The translations under genes and the position numbers were made by a program. 64,000 bases of DNA. It comes from Mobula hypostoma (taxonomy: Eukaryota). The DNA lies in contig NC_086109.1 in assembly GCF_963921235.1 (NCBI RefSeq), forward strand, positions 21,020,001 through 21,084,000. Direction: 5' to 3'. The notes beneath the pieces were generated by a model that saw only the letters and a list, made by a program, of their open reading frames with translations, made no database searches and was not told the DNA's origin. Shown one piece after another: positions 1 through 11,683 of this stretch. How positions within the stretch are numbered: the stretch's first letter is position 1; each line of letters opens with the position of its first letter.

Positions 1-239
1 CTTTTCTCCAATTTGCCCACTAGCTGGTGGTCTGCTTCAATTCACCCATTTACTAACACAATAATTCCCCCCCCCCACCCACCAACTATCACCCAGCTTT
101 TGGGTGCCTTCCCCAATTCACCCATTTACTTGTGTTCACTTCTAGTTCCCTTATTTATTTGAGCTGTCTGCTTATTCTCCACTTGTGGATGCAGGTCCCC
201 TTCTTCAAATGAGAGAAGAGTTGGCAATTGGAAATGAAA

Positions 240-1022
240 AGATCAAGAGAGGGTAAAAGGCGGAAGGGGGAGTACAAATGGAAGAGGAAGGTTGGAGATG
301 GGAGAAGAGATTATCATGGGGAGCGGGGGGGGTGAGGACTTCATGATGAAGAAATAGGCAATGGAATAACTTGATATTGTGTCAGGCCTGGAACCCAGTA
401 AGATGCAGGCATAGGAGGCCTCTGCTAAGGACAGACTGTTCAGCATTGAAGCGTAGGAGTTCAGGAAGGACGGTGAAGACAAGACAGCTAGGGTGAAATC
501 AGAGGAGGGAGAAGAAAGAGAGACTGAGAGGGGTATTGGAGTGGGGAGAACAGAGTCATGTGGGATAGAATGGAGGTCCCTGGTGGGTATCAGAAGCCTG
601 GAAATGGGTGGAAGTGAGTTCCTCCGATACAGAGCAGTTTCTTTGGTCCTTGACTTTCACCCCACCACCCTCCAGATCTAACACCTTCCGTTGCCATCCA
701 GGCCTTCTCTGATGGTCTTCAACATTTCATTAACTTCACATTCCCCTGCTCCCAATTCTACCATGAACATCCAGTCTCTATACATCTCCATTCTCATCAG
801 TATAGTCTTAAGGTCTTCAATTTCATTCTTGAACAAAGACAGAACTTTTCCTTGCCCTCAAGAACTTCTCTTAAAATTCCCTCCGTTTCCTACTAAAAGC
901 AAGTAGACACTCACATAGGCCTTAGTTATACTTTAGCCTTTTTTGTTGGCCACATGGAATAGTCCTTATTGCAAATTTTTTTCCAGCATGCCTCCCAGCT
1001 CTTTATTTGCTACACTGATCAC
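240..1022. mobile_element. Old degenerate Penelope-like element fragments (appear to continue ~1440-1735 and ~2300-2560)
   Basis: LVLDFHP resembles the PLE 'LVLTYHP' motif. A decayed RT-like segment (GPSYA..FVG..E) lies near 910-975. Confidence 0.5.
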
Positions 1023-1427
1023 ATACCATTGATCTTGGTATGAACATAGAATTCTCCAACTTCTGATAATTCCCTCCCCTTCCCTTCCTCTATCCCTATG
1101 TCACTCTGCCCCCTCCCTCAGCTGCCCACCACCTCCCTCTTGGTTCCGCGTCCTTCTACTACCCATTGTGTTTTCCCCTATTCTTTCTTCACCTTTCCTG
1201 CCTATCACTTCCCTGCTTCCCTTCTCCCACCTCTTTATCTTTCCCCTTACTGGTTTCTCACCTGCAACTGACCAGCCTTCTCCTTCCCACCCTCCCCCCG
1301 CCTTCTATATAGGGCCTCTGCTCCTTCCCTCTACAGTCCTGACGAAGGGCTCCGGCCCGAAACGTCGACCGATCTTTTCCACGGATGCTGCCTGACCTGC
1401 TGAGTTCCTCCAGCGTATTGTGAGTGT
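1023..1427 (+). mobile_element. Young Penelope-like element 3' end (pLTR)
   Basis: Near-identical to 54730-55122 and (reverse) 35298-35652. Flanked by tacactgatcac (1011-1022) / tacattgatcac (1428-1439), a candidate TSD. Confidence 0.8.
1334..1371 (+). ncRNA. Minimal type I hammerhead ribozyme motif
   Basis: CAGTC-CTGACGA-A-GGGC tccg GCCC-GAAA-CGTC-GACCG: intact core, stems I and II, palindromic ACGT stem III. Confidence 0.7.
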
Positions 1428-1739
1428 TACATTGATCACTGAATTGGTGCTGCTTCATGCATTCATGCAGAGTTCAGCCATTTCATCATGTTCCCTACCC
1501 TACCCTCAAATTCACCTGACATTACTCTTCCATTTCCAGATCTCTGTATCTCTACCTCAGGAGAATGACTTGTCACTGACATCTTTTATAAATCCACTTA
1601 CTCATGTAACCACCTCAACTATACCTTCCCCCTTCCTCCTGTAAGGATAACATCCCATTTTCCCTCTATTTCTCCATCCCTTCCATACCAATTCTCAAGA
1701 TGAGGCCTACTGCTGTTGCTGATGGAGCCCTCACACCTA

Positions 1740-2297
1740 CACTCAGTGGCCACTTTATTAGGTACCTTCAGTCACAGAGTGTATGTTTGTGGTCTTCTGC
1801 TGCTGTAGCCCATCCACTTCAAGGTTTGACTATGTTGTGCATTCAGAGATGTTCTTCTGCACACTACTGTGGTAACGCATGGTTATTTGATTTACTGTTG
1901 CCTTCCTGTCAGCTTGAACCAGTCTGGTCATTCTCCTCTGGCCTCTCTCACTAACAAGGCATTTTCACCAACAGAACTGCCGCTCATTGGATGTTTTTTT
2001 GTTTTTCACACCATTCTCTGTAAACTGTCGACACTGATGTGTGTGAAAATCCCAGAAGATCAGAAGTTTCTGAGATAACTCAAATCACCCTGTCTGGCGC
2101 CAACAATCATTCCACCAGTCAAAGTCACTTGGATCACATTTCCTTCCCATTCTGATGTTTGGTCTCAACAACAACTGAAGCCCTTGACCACGTCTGCATG
2201 CTTTTATGCATTAAGTTGCTGCCATATGATTGGCTGAGTAGATATTTGCATTAACAAGCAGGAATACAGTTGTACCCAATAAAGTGGCCACTGAGTG
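1740..2297. mobile_element. Non-autonomous Tc1/mariner element
   Basis: TIRs CACTCAGTGGCCACTTTATT(A/G)GGTAC at both ends, with TA on both flanks. Confidence 0.85.
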
Positions 2298-3171
2298 TAT
2301 TTCCTGCATTTCCTGAACATCCGCTCTGATTCACCACCACCACGCCTGTCTCCAGGCATATCAGCAATGCAGTTCCTTCAGTCTACATCTATCTCCCCAA
2401 CAGCCTCTGCATGCATTACCTCACCCCTGTTCTCTAAATGTTTCACTTAAAGGCTCCTCATTTTCAATTGTCCAGTTTATTGTTGCCCACCCACCAAATA
2501 TCCATCTTCAACAGGACTTTCAAACAAGAATGGAATCACAGATGTTCTCAGGCTCCCTTGTGCCTTTCCAGGGAGTTTCCACGTCTGCAGATCATGAGCT
2601 TTGTTCTGGTATTTCAGCGGAGAGGTGGACTGTTGTCAAGTGTAAGGAACACACAGTGCAGAAGACCGATCAAAAGTCCCCCACCTCCAGGAGAGTGCAG
2701 ACCTTACGACAGTATAAAATTCAACCTGAATGTTTTAGCAAAGTGCAACTGCTACTTAAAGTCCAGTCTAGGTCAAGTCCACTTCATGGCTTTCAATTGT
2801 GTCTTTGTTTCTTCTTGCACTAAGATCTTGCTTCTTGCACAGTCTATTTTTAACTAAATGGTATTTTTATATAATTTATGTTTTGTATGTTGTCTGTATC
2901 TATGTGCCCGTGATATTGCTGCAAGTCTTTCAGTTTATCTGTACCTATCATCATTCTTGTGCATATGACAAAGAGCTCGACTTGAATTCCTGTTTCTCTC
3001 AGAGCATCTGTTGCCCTCTGCTGGACCTTTGAATTAGAAACAAATTGAGGCAACGGAATCAGATGTAACAGGACGGCAAGAACTTAAAAAAAGGTCATTA
3101 TGGCCTTCCCGTGAATATCCAGATTGGTTACTTGTCTCAGTCTAATAGGGCTCCTTAGTACTGAAATATTT

Positions 3172-3450
3172 GGGGTGCCACGGTGGTGTAGCAGTTAGCG
3201 CGGCACTATTACAGCTTGGGGCGTTGGAGCTCAGAGTTAGCAATTCCGGCGTCATCTGTAAGAAAGTTCTGCCCGTGCGCGTGTGGGTTTCCTCCGGTTT
3301 CCTCCCTTAGTCCAAAGACGTACCAGTTAGTGGGTTAGTTGGTTACTGTAAATTCCCCTGCGATTAGGCTAGTGTAATCAGTGGCTTGCTAGGCAGCACA
3401 GCTTGGTGAGCCAGAAGGGTCTGTTCTGGGCTGTACATATATAAAAAAAA
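3172..3450 (+). mobile_element. tRNA-derived V-SINE
   Basis: tRNA-like head, V-domain-like gggtttcctccggtttcctccc..tccaaagac, A-rich tail. Confidence 0.7.
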
Positions 3451-4561
3451 TAGCATCCTACATTACTGTCAAGACCATTAAATGTAAAGGGGTGTAGTTC
3501 TGGGGTTGAGTTACCCAAGTGGTCTCTGAAAAAAAAACAGATGTCCATTCAAAAAAGATCCTTCTGGGCCTTGCTCTCCATCTCTTCTATCCCAGAGTCT
3601 GGCCTCCACAGTCTTCCAGTGACCTTTCTTCCCCTACTTTCTCTCTTCCCCCCCCTCCCCCCACCACTACCCCTACACTCTTCTTTCCCTCCTCCTCTCT
3701 GGGTATCCTTCCATTCCCCTTCTTGCATCCACAGCACCCTTTTTTCTACCTCTTTCTGAAAGTAGCTGTACTTTGCCTCCCCTTTCTTCAGCAGCTCCTC
3801 TTTGCTCCATCCCCAGACACCCACCATTCCCTAGAATCCCACCTTTGTTCCTCTTATAACCCCAGCAGCCCTCCCTTTCCCCCACTTGCCCTCTTTTCTT
3901 CCTTTTTCACACCCCACTCGTCCCACTTGCACCATTGCCCTCTCTTTCCAGACTCATACAAAGAACAAAGAGTAGTACAGCACAGTACAGGCCCTTCGGC
4001 CCACAATGTTGTGCTGGCCCTCAAACCCTGCCTCCCATATACCCCCCCCACCTTAAATTCCTCCATATACCTGCCTAGTAGTCTCTTAAGTTCACTCTAA
4101 TAATCCATCCAGAATTAATGAGCTTCTATCGGGACTGATCAAGCCTGTTGCTGAGTGGGATGGCAAGAAAAAGGACCTGTCTTAAGTAAACGGGAGAGAT
4201 TTTCAAAATGCAGATGGTGGACAAGTGTGATACTATTTGTGGACATGATATGTAGTCAGAAATCCACATTCACAGTTTGGCTATCAAATCAATATGCAAC
4301 CAGAGTCTGAAATTTCCAAATGTTAAAAAGCAGAAACCCCTGGGTTTGAATAAAAAGGGAAATTCCAAGTATTTCTCACAAGCAAAGCCAACATTGGAAT
4401 TCACCCCGTTACTTTGAATCCCTGCTCTGCCTCGACTCAAGTAAGTACTGGACACGATGGGGGAAGTTTCAGATTCTCTTTATATATCTACCGAGTAACT
4501 CTGAGGTAGTTATTTCCTCATACAATTCGAATTATTGACAGCATCTATCGATAGCTCTCAC

Positions 4562-4669
4562 CTCCGGCATGCAGGACAAGAAAGGTTTGATGTGGATGTT
4601 GGAACAATGAACTTTCAAATCATGATCTCCCAGTCCTCGAGTTACTCCTATTGTTGCCATAACACGTGC
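4562..4669 (-). CDS. PPM1J: PPM1J-like coding exon 8 (108 bp; absent from ORF track); gene continues beyond window start
   Basis: Acceptor ctcaacag|GCA, then ARVMATIGVTRGLGDHDLKVHCSNIHIKPFLSCMPE. Donor GAG|gtgaga. Confidence 0.92.
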
Positions 4670-4850
4670 CTGTTGAGAGAGTCAGTAATTCACAGATAAT
4701 CGTTACTGAAAAGTTAAAGCAATGGGGCCCAGGCTTAAGAGTGAAAAATGACCCGATATTTATGTGCCGAGTCAGATGAAAAAGATCGAGGCTGAGGCCA
4801 AAGGGTGAATCAGTGTTCAGCTCACTACATTGTAAAGCATTACTCGCTTC

Positions 4851-5545
4851 AGTGCTGAATTGACTCTCAGCTGTGGCCTGCAGCCATTGGGCTCCTGTGT
4901 CACCTTAGTGCTGAACTGACTCTCAGCTGTGGCCTGCAGCCATTGGGCTCCTGTGTTACCTCAGCACTGAACTGACTCTCAGCTGTGGCCTGCAGCCACT
5001 AGGCTCCTGTGTCACCTTAGTGCTGAACTGACTCTCAGCTGTGGTCTGCAGCCACTAGGCTCCTGTGTCACCTTAGTGCTGAACTGACTCTCAGCTGTGG
5101 TCTGCAGCCACTAGGCTCCTGTGTCACCTTAGTGCTGAACTGACTCTCAGCTGTGGCCTGCAGCCACTAGGCTCTTGTGTTACCTCAGCACTGAACTGAC
5201 TCTCAGCTGTGGCCTGCAGCCACTAGGCTCTTGTGTTACCTCAGCACTGAACTGACTCTCAGCTGTGGCCTGCAGCCACTAGGCTCCTGTGTCACCTTCG
5301 TGCTGAACTGACTCTCAGCTGTGGCCTGCAGCCACTAGGCTCTTGTGTTACCTCAGCACTGAACTGACTCTCAGCTGTGGCCTGCAGCCACTAGGCTCCT
5401 GTGTCACCTTCGTGCTGAACTGACTCTCAGCTGTGGCCTGCAGCCATTGGGCTTGTGTTACCTCAGCACTGATTAACTCTGCAGCTGTGGCCTGCAGCCA
5501 CCAGGGCTCCTGTTATCTCAGCACTGAACTGGCTCTGTGGCTGTG
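4851..5545. repeat. 56-bp minisatellite, ~12.5 copies
   Basis: Unit ag(tg/ca)ctgaactgactctcagctgtggcctgcagccactaggctcctgtgtcacctt, starting at 4851, 4907, 4963...5411, then degenerate copies. Confidence 0.97.
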
Positions 5546-5575
5546 GACTCACTCTCAGAGACTCCATGGTTCAAA

Positions 5576-6344
5576 GACAACCAATTGTCTTTGTTTCCCC
5601 CATTTTGTAAACTCTAAACTGATTCTTACTCTAGGATAATCTAAACAGAGCAATTTAATGTGGACACAAGGAGCTTCAGGTAATGGCCTGCTAAACCTGA
5701 GACCATTAGCTATTTATTATGTGAAGTGTCAGACCTAACAAAGAAGTAATCTGTAATCTCGTTAGACTCAGTTTCTGGGTTATTTAGATTGACTGATTTG
5801 GACCAGTCAGAGTTGAAAGGAACAAATACATTAGGTTAGGGGGCATAAATATAGAACAATGTTGGTTGTAGCCCTGGACTAGAGACAGTAAGAAGGTGAC
5901 CCAGGTAGGTCAGGTGACTTTGAGCAAAAGGGATGGAGTTCCATCAATTCAACTGATGAGGAACATTAAAACAGTCACGAACTCCATATACGTAACGGCA
6001 ATAATTCCCCAGCAACCAGAGGCCAACCGTTGCAGATGAGGAGGACTCCCATGGAAACGTGGAGATCGGGACCACGAGGAGTGCCTGGCCAGCGTAGTCA
6101 CCTCCTCTAGGTAATACCCTTTCTCTTCATTGACTGTCCATAAGGTGTCAGGGAATTCTAGTGGGTGTGCACACAGGTAGTTAGTTTGTGAACCCACATG
6201 CTTTTATTTGAGACAATAAAGGTTACTTGTTGGTAAGTACAGATTCTCTCTGTGCCCCTCTGATCATTATTACAAGGGTAGAACTTTGTAACAGAAATAG
6301 TTCACAGTTCACAAAATGGGGGAATCAAGGACAATTGGTTTGTC
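5576..6344. mobile_element. Unclassified element bounded by ~50-bp imperfect inverted repeats
   Basis: 5576-5629 (gacaaccaattgtctttgtttcccccattttgtaaact...) is the reverse complement of ~6287-6344. Confidence 0.6.
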
Positions 6345-7254
6345 AACTTCCCCATCCATAATTCATTCAAATCCACTAATTTGTAGACTCTAGTTCTTTT
6401 TGTCTACTTTCCCTGTCCCTGATTCATTCAAATCCACTAACTTGCAGACTGTAGTTTTTTCTAGCCAACCACTTGCACAGTTTGTTTTTTCTTGCACATT
6501 GGATGTTTGATAGCATTTGTCATGTAGGGTTTTCCGTGGATTCTGTTCTGGATCTTTGTTTTGTGGCTGCCTGCGAGAAGATGAATCTCAAGGTTATACA
6601 GTATATGGTATACATTCTTTGATAATAAATTTACTTTGAACTTTGAAGTCAAAGTAATTATCAAAGTCCGTATGGAATATGTTGTCATAAACTACCTAGA
6701 GAATCATTTTCTTGCAGGGATTTGCAGAAAAATAACAAAAAAGAATAGAATTTATGAAAAATTATAAATAAACAAAGACTGAAAACCAGGCTACAAAATA
6801 TGACAAACTGTAGAGTCCTTGAAAGCAAGTGTGCAGACTTTGGAATCAGGTCAGAGTCGTGGTGCACGAGGTTATCCGAGCTGGATCAGGAGCCTGGTGG
6901 TTGTAGGGTTCCTGAACTAGGTGGTGGAGGACCCAAGGCTGCTGTACTTTCTGCCCGGTTGTCGTATTGAGAAGAAAGCATGGCCTGGATTGTGGGGGTC
7001 CTTGACGATGGACGTGGCTTAGTGAGGGGGAGGGCTTTGCCTGTGATGGACCACTTTCTGTAGACTTTTCCATTCCTGGGCATTGTTGGTTCCATACCAG
7101 GCTGTGAAGCAACCAGTTGGTATACCCTCCACTGGGCTTCTATAGAAGCGCTGTTGTGCCTTCTTTGTGATGACAGTTAAGTGCTGGTCGCAGGACAGAT
7201 CTTCTGATATGAACACATGCTGGTCGCAGGACAGATCTTCAGATATGAACACAG

Positions 7255-7850
7255 AACGTAGAATTCTACAGCACTTTACAGGTCCTTTGGCCAACGATGT
7301 CGTGCCCACCATGTAACCTACTCTAGACACTGCCCGGAATTTCGCTTTCTATTTTTCTAGGCTCCATGTACCTATCTAAGAGGCTCTTAAAAGACCCTAT
7401 TGTATCTGCTTCTACCACAGCCTCCGGCAGTGCATTCCACGCACCCACCACTCTCTGTGTGGAAGAACTTACCCATGACTTCCCCTCGGTACCTATTTCC
7501 AAGCATCTTAAAATTATGCCCCCTTGTGTTAGCCATTTCGACCCTGGAAAAAACCTCTGACTATCCACACGATCAATACCCCTCATCATCTTATACACTT
7601 CGATCAGGTCACCTTTCATCCTCTATCTCTCCAAGAAGAAAAGGCCAAGTTTACTCAACCTACTCTCATAAGGCATGCCCTCCAATCCAGGCAACATCCT
7701 TGTAAATCTCCTCTGCACTCCCTCTATAGTATCCATATCCTTCCTGTCGTGAGGTGACCAGTACTCCAAGTGGGGTCTGACCAGGGTCTTATATAGCTGT
7801 AACATTACCTCATGGCTCTTGAACTCAATCCCATGGTTGATGAATGCCTT
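7255..7850 (-). mobile_element. CR1 LINE 3' fragment
   Basis: LYKTLVRPHLEY...IEGVQRRFTRMLPG and RGDLIEVYK-type peptides; frameshifted. Confidence 0.85.
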
Positions 7851-8219
7851 TTATCTGGAGGAAATTTTACTGTGTGTATTGCTCCTCAACACTTGTGGCT
7901 GTCCATAGTTTTTACAGACAACTGAGTTCTCTAGGTGAACCGAAACCTGTTGTTATTCTGACACTGATTCAGGACTGAGAGTGTAGAGGGACGACAGCCA
8001 ATGTATACATGTGAGGGGAATGGGCGAGACAGAGGCTGGTGGGCGTTAGTGGAATCAGATGGAAAGGAGAATCAAAGGAAGAGAATCACAGGTAGACAGG
8101 CAAGTAGGTGCACAGCAGATGGAAAGACAAGATTCTGCAAATGCTGGAACTCCAGAGTAACACACACCAAACGCTGGAGGAACTCAGAAGGTCAGGTAGC
8201 ATCTATGGAGAGGAATAAA

Positions 8220-8257
8220 CAGTCGACGTTTCGAGCTGAGACCCTTCATCAGGACTG
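8220..8257 (-). ncRNA. Minimal hammerhead ribozyme motif in an older Penelope-like pLTR (~8125-8460)
   Basis: Minus strand reads CAGTC-CTGATGA-A-GGGT ctca GCTC-GAAA-CGTC-GACTG, with a perfect 5-bp stem I. Confidence 0.65.
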
Positions 8258-8769
8258 GAAAGGAAGGGGGAAGAAGTCCGAATAAGAAGGCGAGGTAAGT
8301 GTGATGAGTCTAGCTATTGGAGGGGGGAGGGGTTGAGGAATGGAAGTGACAGACAGAGAGTCGGAGAGACCCTACGTGGAGTGGCAGGAATAGAAAAGGA
8401 ACAAAGGGTGAGTGGGTTATTTGAAACCGATAATTCAATGCTCATTGATGTAACGCAATGTGAGATAAGTTGATTTTCCCTACATAGCGATGCCTGAACT
8501 TCAATGATCATGGCTGTGAAGTGTTTTTGGGTTATGTCAAGAATACAAAACGTGACTGCAGGCTACGGGCCAAGTGCTTATAAGTGGGTAGTACGGTCAG
8601 CATGGGCAAGGTGGGCTGAAGGGCCTGTTTCTGGGCTCCATGACGATGTTGTGAAAGAGTTTTGTTAACCTGTTGAAACACCAGAAATCCCTGGAATGCT
8701 CACCTCCAGATCGCAAACGTGACATTGAATTGTCAGTGATCGCAGCTTGCTTTTGGTTGCACCACTTAC

Positions 8770-8833
8770 CTTTTTGCCCTCCCCATACACCAATGGGAAC
8801 TTCAAGTCATCCTCTTCTATGGTCTTGTATGCC
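8770..8833 (-). CDS. PPM1J: PPM1J-like coding exon 7 (64 bp; absent from ORF track)
   Basis: Acceptor tttctgcag|G, then AYKTIEEDDLKFPLVYGEGKK. Donor AAG|gtaagt. Confidence 0.92.
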
Positions 8834-9249
8834 CTGCAGAAAGGAGGGGGCGGGAATGCAGGAATACACGTTGACTAGATCAGGAAATATTCATCTGCCC
8901 CTCATGGTGCTCAAGATGCGAGTTGGACAAATGCATTATTTTTTGCAGCGGTAGTAAACCATGGAAACATTCATCTCATCTTGTGCAGGATCTCTGGAAT
9001 AATCATTAATCAGTCTTATTTCCACTGCGCTATCCACCATTTTCTTTCAGTTCACATCCAACACCAATCTGCCCAAATGTGCACACAAGGTGTTATTAGC
9101 AACTGACCCACCCTGCTGTCACCTACCAAACCCACTTACTCCTCTATCTACCGGGAAGATTGCAGCAGGTCAAACAAAACAGCTCATCACCACCCATTTG
9201 AAGGCAATTCAGGAAGAACAATGAAGGTTGGTCTTGCCAGCAACATTCA

Positions 9250-9555
9250 AATCCTGTCCACTCTCCTGTCCATTCAGATTCCTCTTTCTTCAACCCTTTA
9301 CATTTTCCACCTATCACCTCCCAGCTTCTCACTTCATCACCTGTCCCCTCCCCCCACCTACCTTCTCCCTCACCTGGCCTCACCTATCACCTGTCAGCTT
9401 GTACTCCTTCACCTCCCCCCACCTTCTTATTCTGGCTTCTTCCCCCTTTCTTTCCAATCCTGATGAAGGGTCTTGGCCCATAATGTCAGCAGTTTATTCC
9501 TCTCCGTGGATGCTGCCTGATTTGCTTGTGTTCCTCCAGCATTTTGTGTGTATTA
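9250..9555 (+). mobile_element. Older Penelope-like pLTR with decayed hammerhead motif
   Basis: Pyrimidine-rich pLTR, ctgatgaagggtcttggccc, then gatgctgcctga...ttcctccagcattttgtgtg. Confidence 0.7.
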
Positions 9556-9607
9556 TTCAAATCTTGTAAAATGTTTAAAAAAAAAGAAATTGTTGGTCAA
9601 CTCTTAC

Positions 9608-9726
9608 CAGCCAGTCATGCTATAATCACGGAACAACATCTTGCGGCCAATTTCCCGGTGCTGAATTCTCCTTGGAAATTCCAAATGTGTGAACTCATTT
9701 CCTAGCAGATGTGGCTGTAAATATCC
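9608..9726 (-). CDS. PPM1J: PPM1J-like coding exon 6 (119 bp; absent from ORF track)
   Basis: Hand-translated. Acceptor ctgtctag|GGA, then GYLQPHLLGNEFTHLEFPRRIQHREIGRKMLFRDYSMTG(W). Donor TG|gtaaga. Confidence 0.92.
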
Positions 9727-10907
9727 CTAGACAGAAAAAAATAATCTAGTAAAATCTTCCACAGGTTCAAATTTTTTCACCTAAGGTAGGATAGGTGATA
9801 GAGGACAGGTTTTTAAAGATAATTTTTAAGGAGGCATCGAAAGCTGGAGATTTAGGAAGGGAATTCTAGAGCATAGCTCTTGGTGTCTGAAGCCACCAAT
9901 GGTGCTGTGAAGAACACTGGAGATCTGATAAAGGCCTGGAGCAGAAGGGTTGTGAGTGAATTGGAGTTTTACGCATTTTACATACAGTAGATAAATGGGT
10001 CTATGGGGGTGGGCTATTGCACTATGAAAGACTTGCTTACAGCAGGATCATTGGCACATAGTATTAGAAACACATCATTCACAAGAGACGCTTAAATTAT
10101 ACAAAATTATAAAGAATTAACATAATTTGAACAGAAAGAAAGCAATGTGCATTGTACTGCAAAAGTGGTCATAGTGTGGTTATACTGATTGAGGTTATGG
10201 AGATTGGTTCTTAAATTGATGAAGGGAAGTAGCTATTATTGTGTCAGATTTTGGGCCTCTATACTTCCTACCTGATGGTAGCCATGAGAAGATGACATGG
10301 ACCAAATGGTAGGGATCTTTGATGATAGATATTACCTTCTCGAGGCATTGCCTTATGTAGATACTTTTGAGGATGGGGAGGGGTAACAGTTTTAAAATGG
10401 GGGACAGTGAACCAATATTGAGCACTGCGCTTTGTGAGAAAAATTGTAGTTTTACATATCAGTGGCCATATAGCTCCCGCACAACCGGCTGTCAGGTAGA
10501 TGGTGGCTAGGTGAACAGGTTACTGGGGAGACTACAGAAACTGGGATTAGTTCCTAGACTGTGGCATATTATGCAGCTGTGGCGGGACTGCTAAAACAAT
10601 GGACTTTTTGGAGTTGACAATGGTTTGGAAGACAACTGAGGCAATATTCCTGATCATTTACCCATTATACCTCCACATTCAGGCAGAGCTCTTGGGGATC
10701 ACCCACTATCGAAGATAAGATGGAAATCAATTCCTGACTCCTACCCTCAGTGAGCTGTAGACTAATCTGGTCCAGGAGCCGGGGAGCTCTAGTTGCTCAT
10801 CAACATGATGGGGCAGAGGTAAAAGGTTAAAGGGGCTGGATAGGATGGCTGGGCCCACTCTTGTCTCCTATCAGATTCCTTTCTCTCCAGTCCTTTATCT
10901 TTCCTAT

Positions 10908-11562
10908 TGTATCCAGAGAGCTGTGCCTGTCACGGCTCAGCACTGCCCTCTACCTGGTCAGAAGGCACACCACATGCCAGTCAACATTTCACCCCTCCAA
11001 ACTAATCAATGCACACTTAAACATTGGCCACCTTAATTGGATTAACCCTTCTAGCACCAAGCCGTTGGCCCCCCGGTGAATCGCCTGGGCCGGACCCTCC
11101 AGCTCCCTGACCTATAAAGGGTGCTACATGTGCTTGGCTCGCTCTCTTTTTTGCCATCCTCGAGGGACCACCCTGTTTCACTCCAGGCTGAAGAACGCAG
11201 AACAGCGCTGGAGACACATGGTGAGCTGTGCATTGAATAGGGTTTTGGGAGCGCTTATTGTTGTCCCTGTAGCAGAGAGCCCTGCCTGTCCATAGTCAAG
11301 GGGTGGCAGGTATCGTAGTTACTTTTCCCTTGCTTGTATATGTACCTGTACTCTGTCCCCACACCGTTTTCCCGTGTATTGTACAGCCGACCCGACTTTT
11401 CCCACACTCGTCTATTCTAAGCGCATTTGTGCGGATATTGTAGCTGCTTGTGTTGTTCCCATTCTCTTCTCCACTCGTAAATAAAATCCTTATTGTTAAA
11501 ACTGTGTGTCCAGAATCCTTGCGTTTGAGACCCAAAGAATCTGTCTCATTTCCATCACAACA
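10908..11562 (+). mobile_element. Solo LTR (655 bp) inserted in a Penelope-like pLTR
   Basis: TGT...ACA termini; cctat/cctac flanks; TATAAA at 11113; AATAAA at 11480. The pLTR sequence resumes across the insertion. Confidence 0.75.
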
Positions 11563-11645
11563 CCTACCCACCTGGCTTCACCTTCTAGCTATCTTCATTT
11601 CACTCCCCCCTTCCTTTTCAGTCTGGTGTCTCCTCCCTTACTTTC

Positions 11646-11683
11646 CAGTCCTGAAGAAGGGTCTCGGCCTGAAACATCGACTG
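11646..11683 (+). ncRNA. Minimal hammerhead ribozyme motif (variant)
   Basis: CAGTC-CTGAAGA-A-GGGT ctcg GCCT-GAAA-CATC-GACTG. Confidence 0.5.

Noticed and set aside
3519..4100. 193-aa ORF
   Set aside because: Pyrimidine-rich low-complexity tract running into a CR1 tail; the P/S/L/F bias explains the lack of stops.
1..4560. Phosphatase exon 9 (TDGLWD motif)
   Set aside because: No matching minus-strand coding segment found by eye; presumably outside the window.
4851..5545. CRISPR-like array
   Set aside because: Units are contiguous with no unique spacers, there are no cas genes, and the context is a vertebrate intron.
7183..7254. 36-bp tandem duplication (also ~47 bp near 18033-18145)
   Set aside because: Ordinary local duplications inside decayed repeats.
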